Shown here piece by piece: positions 63,401 to 64,000 of a DNA stretch of 64,000 nt. This DNA comes from Mustelus asterias. Taxonomy: Eukaryota. The notes under the pieces are model-generated. The model was not told where the DNA came from, did not search any database, and saw nothing but the letters and a program-made list of their open reading frames with translations. The first letter of the stretch is position 1. Each line of letters opens with the position of its first letter. The stretch is from positions 42,656,001-42,720,000 of the forward strand of contig NC_135804.1 of the NCBI RefSeq assembly GCF_964213995.1, read 5' to 3'. A program made the translations under genes and the position numbers.

Positions 63401-63577
63401 ATAGTCTTTATTAATCTTGTACTGCATAAGTAACATATTTCTTGTCTTTTCGAGCTCTTGAATGGTTTCTGCATGTGTTGCCTGAAGCTCTCTAATAGAT
63501 TGCTCCAAATCTTTATTAATGTCATCCTCCACTTTCTCCAGGAATTCAAGGTTTCCATTTTTCTGATGCTTACGAAC
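12357..63577 (-). CDS. RPGRIP1L: RPGRIP1L (fantom/NPHP8/MKS5), partial gene: 10 internal coding exons, spliced 1854 nt = 618 aa
   Basis: Join, in transcript order: 63398-63577, 54901-55018, 42478-42930, 35227-35378, 28838-29186, 28052-28257, 27310-27390, 22131-22232, 17944-18076, 12357-12436. All introns are GT-AG and the frame stays open. Peptides [65 protein letters not shown] and SDDCIVPG are recognisably RPGRIP1L. Confidence 0.96.
13185..13440 (+). repeat. C/A-rich low-complexity tract (cactcacac/ccctca)
   Basis: Direct inspection; a similar tract lies at ~15915-16060. Confidence 0.75.
13521..13824 (+). mobile_element. V-SINE with alternative tail B
   Basis: Same head and core as HE1, then aaattctccctcagtgtacccgaacagg...ttttcacagtaacttcattg...gtaagcctacttg...aataaataaacttt. 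Confidence 0.9.
13828..15860 (+). mobile_element. Decayed Ty3/Gypsy pol relic (RT start, RNase H, integrase) with possible 3' LTR
   Basis: Frameshifted motifs [73 protein letters not shown]. Purine tract ~15597-15623, then tgttaa...ttatca (15625-15860, LTR call weak). Confidence 0.85.
16377..16713 (+). mobile_element. HE1-type V-SINE, full length
   Basis: A/B boxes, V-core, (ttctatga)n tail; taatta duplicated at 16370-16375 and 16714-16719. Confidence 0.93.
17944..18076 (-). CDS. RPGRIP1L: RPGRIP1L exon (133 nt, acidic linker)
   Basis: acag|GTT...GAA G|gttggt; [44 protein letters not shown]; phase 0 to 1, as the next exon requires. Confidence 0.85.
18218..18550 (-). mobile_element. tRNA-derived SINE, family 2
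   Basis: Collinear with 62110-62468; B box gggttcgaatccc retained, head shortened between the A and B boxes. Confidence 0.85.
18866..19945 (+). mobile_element. CR1-clade LINE relic with an internal deletion of the RT core
   Basis: [45 protein letters not shown], then a jump at ~19266 to the C-terminal part; [15 protein letters not shown]; tail gggctgaacggcctacttctgctc...ttatggtctt. Confidence 0.9.
20104..20400 (-). mobile_element. V-SINE with tail B, nested in a short Penelope-type palindromic relic (~19985-20440)
   Basis: Reverse complement of the 13521 type. The host has gaaaatgcctgaaacactcagc...tggagagagaaa on the left and gttctgatgaaaagtc on the right. Confidence 0.88.
22131..22232 (-). 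CDS. RPGRIP1L: RPGRIP1L exon (102 nt, divergent linker, probable cassette exon)
   Basis: ttgaag|CAA...CAG|gtgtgg; open 34 codons [34 protein letters not shown]; phase 0/0. Length and position match the 102-nt human exon as recalled, but sequence similarity is low. Confidence 0.72.
22487..22652 (-). mobile_element. 3' end of a non-LTR element with an (AAATC)n tail
   Basis: tttgatttgatttgatttattgtcacatgt: on the minus strand an aataaa followed by a pentamer tail. Clade not determinable. Confidence 0.6.
23429..23740 (-). mobile_element. HE1-type V-SINE
   Basis: Reverse complement of head, core and CR1-type tail; more diverged than the 829 copy. Confidence 0.9.
24700..24985 (+). mobile_element. 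Old CR1 3' fragment
   Basis: gaggttagaaaacacttccacattctgagggtggtaaaaatttgg...gatctcactgaatggcagaacagac...gggctaaa. Confidence 0.65.
25036..26115 (+). mobile_element. GC-rich non-autonomous TIR element (family of 2455-3292)
   Basis: Starts gggcggaattttg; contains a G-run then C-run tracts and the blocks shared with the 2455 copy. Right end approximate. Confidence 0.7.
27310..27390 (-). CDS. RPGRIP1L: RPGRIP1L exon (81 nt, linker with RVxF/W-type motif)
   Basis: tttag|GCG...GCA|gtaagt; [27 protein letters not shown], which aligns with human ...VDKKVSFVD... as I recall it. Confidence 0.88.
28052..28257 (-). CDS. RPGRIP1L: RPGRIP1L exon (206 nt, end of second C2 domain)
   Basis: ctag|GA ACA...TTG|gtaatt; [35 protein letters not shown]...SEASIL; phase 1 to 0. 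Confidence 0.92.
28838..29186 (-). CDS. RPGRIP1L: RPGRIP1L exon (349 nt, second C2 domain)
   Basis: catag|GCA...ATA G|gtaata; [24 protein letters not shown]...[35 protein letters not shown]...[18 protein letters not shown]. Confidence 0.96.
30270..30560 (+). mobile_element. Possible PIF/Harbinger Myb/SANT-like gene fragment
   Basis: [17 protein letters not shown] resembles the W..(I/V)A..(I/V)N helix of Myb/SANT-like transposon proteins; short and degenerate. Confidence 0.35.
31389..31672 (+). mobile_element. V-SINE with tail B (short junction), nested in CR1
   Basis: Head and core, then gacccgaacagg...ttcacagtgacttcattgcagtgttaatgtaag...aataaataaacttt. Confidence 0.9.
34271..34399. mobile_element. 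Short MITE nested in CR1 ORF2; same family as the MITE at 45473-45937
   Basis: Shares aaaatc..gcc..aggtcaacg and tgattcccgtggcag with the 45473 copy; atagaatc occurs on both sides (34263-34270, 34400-34407). Confidence 0.65.
35227..35378 (-). CDS. RPGRIP1L: RPGRIP1L exon (152 nt)
   Basis: tgtag|GC ATC...CAG|gtgaac; [51 protein letters not shown]. Confidence 0.96.
36001..36981. mobile_element. TIR element with 3-bp TSD (ttt), family of 55298-56423; interrupts a Penelope-type pLTR relic
   Basis: Ends agactggattttca / tgaaaatgcagccc. The right part (cacactgtggg...ttgctacagtgaaaattg) matches 56260-56423. The host rejoins as gttctgttga...cctgaaactt|taactctgttcctctctccacag. Confidence 0.72.
36083..36393 (+). 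mobile_element. HE1-type V-SINE nested in a TIR element
   Basis: V-core and CR1-type tail; head slightly eroded. Confidence 0.88.
38142..39178 (+). mobile_element. CR1/HER1-type LINE 3' half (RT C-terminal part and tail)
   Basis: [58 protein letters not shown]; tail gttggtgcaaactcgatggaccgaaggg...tgactctatga resembles the HE1 tail. Confidence 0.92.
38946..39041 (-). mobile_element. Short inverted LINE 3' tail nested in the CR1 copy
   Basis: tagaacataacagcgcagtacaggcccttcggccctcgatgttg...; gagca duplicated at 38941-38945 and 39042-39046. Confidence 0.8.
39880..40585. mobile_element. Old GC-rich TIR-type element
   Basis: Starts gggttgaatcttccc and ends tgaaaacttcagc; composition shift. Weak. 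Confidence 0.4.
42478..42930 (-). CDS. RPGRIP1L: RPGRIP1L exon (453 nt, first C2 domain)
   Basis: ttcag|CC CAA...ATT G|gtgagt; [12 protein letters not shown]...[17 protein letters not shown]...[14 protein letters not shown] (inside ORF 42470..42991). Confidence 0.97.
45400..45417 (+). promoter_or_regulatory. Primer-binding site for initiator tRNA-Met (Copia element)
   Basis: ttgtagcagaagatagtt versus the complement of the tRNA-iMet 3' end tggtagcagaggatggtt (15/18). Lies just upstream of gag and downstream of a segment with tataaa (~45257) and aataaa (~45326). Confidence 0.72.
45473..45937. mobile_element. Short MITE (3-bp TSD atg) in the Copia gag start, itself split by an HE1 SINE
   Basis: atg|gggtgggatttta ... 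taaaattccggcc|atg; the gag peptide SGYDFP / SEAEPYDQ resumes across it. Confidence 0.7.
45542..45879 (+). mobile_element. HE1-type V-SINE, full length, young
   Basis: Nearly identical to the 829 and 50543 copies. Confidence 0.94.
46838..47125 (-). mobile_element. CR1 3' fragment nested in Copia
   Basis: aacatacaaacatatgaattaggagcagaagtaagccac...cttccactgccttttgaggaagagagttccagagactc. Confidence 0.8.
48871..49022. mobile_element. Hairpin mini-Penelope (inverted pLTR ends plus tail)
   Basis: 55-bp arms at 48871-48925 and 48939-48993 around a 13-nt spacer, then ttaccccagtccaacgccggcatctccac. Arms match 10609-10665. Flanks agatgacacagt / agatgaaacagt. Confidence 0.88.
50543..50892 (-). mobile_element. 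HE1-type V-SINE, full length
   Basis: Reverse complement of the 45542 type. Confidence 0.94.
50987..51311 (+). mobile_element. HE1-type V-SINE
   Basis: Head, V-core and CR1-type tail; more diverged. Confidence 0.91.
52780..53220 (-). mobile_element. LINE 3' fragment (CR1/L2 group), partner of SINE family 2
   Basis: Collinear with 53291-53770; same terminal sequence as SINE family 2. Confidence 0.8.
53291..54215 (-). mobile_element. LINE 3' portion (CR1/L2 group), partner of SINE family 2
   Basis: Minus strand [31 protein letters not shown] (RT motifs); 3' end gatgggcaatgaatgctggcctagccagtga...cacatcccataaatgaat. Confidence 0.88.
54901..55018 (-). CDS. RPGRIP1L: RPGRIP1L exon (118 nt, coiled coil)
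   Basis: ttag|AAT...GAA G|gtttga; [39 protein letters not shown]; phase 0 to 1. Confidence 0.94.
55298..56423. mobile_element. TIR element, family of 36001-36981
   Basis: Ends gggcttggattttg / tgaaaatctgggc; right arm homologous to 36760-36981. Confidence 0.65.
56730..57050 (+). mobile_element. Old CR1 3' fragment
   Basis: ttggttagacc...cagttct, gtgacctaataga, gtgtttcca...aggggaccataaatataaaacagtcactaataaatcca. Confidence 0.65.
57088..57389 (+). mobile_element. V-SINE with tail B
   Basis: Same architecture as 13521-13824. Confidence 0.9.
59916..60078 (+). mobile_element. 3'-truncated V-SINE
   Basis: Head and core, ending at cagtccaaagatgtg. Confidence 0.87.
60085..60500 (+). mobile_element. 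Ty3/Gypsy gag-protease fragments
   Basis: CFRCNKTG zinc-knuckle remnant, protease-like [19 protein letters not shown], then gag N-terminus-like [17 protein letters not shown] at ~60442. Confidence 0.65.
60640..61525 (+). mobile_element. L2-clade LINE 3' relic
   Basis: [11 protein letters not shown] and [15 protein letters not shown] resemble L2 LGVIFD..LS / FVTSRLDYxN.LLAG; L2-like terminal sequence near 61500. Confidence 0.65.
62110..62468 (-). mobile_element. tRNA-derived SINE, family 2, full length
   Basis: Minus-strand head with A box tggcctagtgg and B box gagttcgaatcc; core aaaacccatttggttcactaatgtcctttagggaaggaaatct; LINE-derived tail. Confidence 0.9.
62983..63170. mobile_element. Hairpin mini-Penelope with a 13-bp TSD, inserted in an L2-like relic (~62680-63345)
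   Basis: 72-bp arms at 62983-63054 and 63061-63132 (2 mismatches), 6-nt loop, 38-nt tail 63133-63170; cttctaaactacg at 62970-62982 and 63171-63183. Confidence 0.92.
63398..63577 (-). CDS. RPGRIP1L: RPGRIP1L exon (180 nt, coiled coil; equivalent to human exon ~13)
   Basis: tag|GTT...CAG|gtaatt; [60 protein letters not shown]. Not in this frame in the ORF track. Confidence 0.95.
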
Positions 63578-63958
63578 CTATAATAAAGGAAAAAGCGCAT
63601 GGCTGGTGGGAACACATTTTCTCTTCCAGCTTTCTCCACCTCAAAACAAATAGAAATTCTACAGTATAACTGACAAACTGCAAAATTATGTGCAGAAAAT
63701 AGTACCAGTTGGGCTTATTGGCATATATTTTTGCTTTTCATGGCTGGACAATATTTATCATTTTCCTGAAGTTTGTCTTAATATTTTTATATCGCCACTA
63801 GGTTATAATTTTGACCTGTCCGTCATACACCAAAGCATCCTATTGTACTTTCTTCCTCAAAGTAGAAGAACTGAATTTTAAGTCTGAGGTGCCAGGAGCT
63901 GGGGGATAGATCCATTAGTGCACGGGAAAGTCAGTAGTTTTTTTAGTGCAGACACTGT

Positions 63959-64000
63959 GGGTGGAATTTTCCCGGTCTGAGATTCGTACAATCCCGCCCG
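63959..64000. mobile_element. Left end of another TIR element, cut by the window edge
   Basis: gggtggaattttccc terminus, like 1448 and 25036. Confidence 0.5.

Noticed and set aside
63394-63639. ORF-track 81-aa protein
   Set aside because: Wrong frame; it overlaps the real 180-nt exon 63398-63577.

Overview
Eukaryotic genomic DNA, most likely a shark (elasmobranch), inferred from HE1-type V-SINEs and CR1/HER1-type LINEs. The whole window lies inside one minus-strand gene, the ciliary transition-zone gene RPGRIP1L. I traced ten consecutive coding exons by hand (63577 down to 12357; 1854 nt, 618 codons, all GT-AG, phases consistent, no stops). They cover the end of the coiled coil, both C2 domains and the linker before the RPGR-interacting domain; neither the start nor the stop codon is in the window. 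The introns hold 12 V-SINEs with two different 3' tails, a second tRNA-SINE family with its partner LINE, CR1 and L2 relics, two Gypsy relics, a near full-length decayed Ty1/Copia element with GalEa-like features, and several TIR elements with 3-bp target duplications. The most interesting signals are: a Penelope-like element with an intact GIY-YIG ORF end and a minimal hammerhead ribozyme in sense orientation to the pre-mRNA; two hairpin mini-Penelope insertions; a ~190-nt element with a U2 snRNA-derived head; the Copia element; and a nested inverted-repeat structure at 49.9-52.0 kb. Most ORFs in the supplied track are spurious read-throughs of repeats. Family names and human comparisons are from memory of the literature, not from searches; repeat boundaries are approximate unless a TSD or TIR is quoted.
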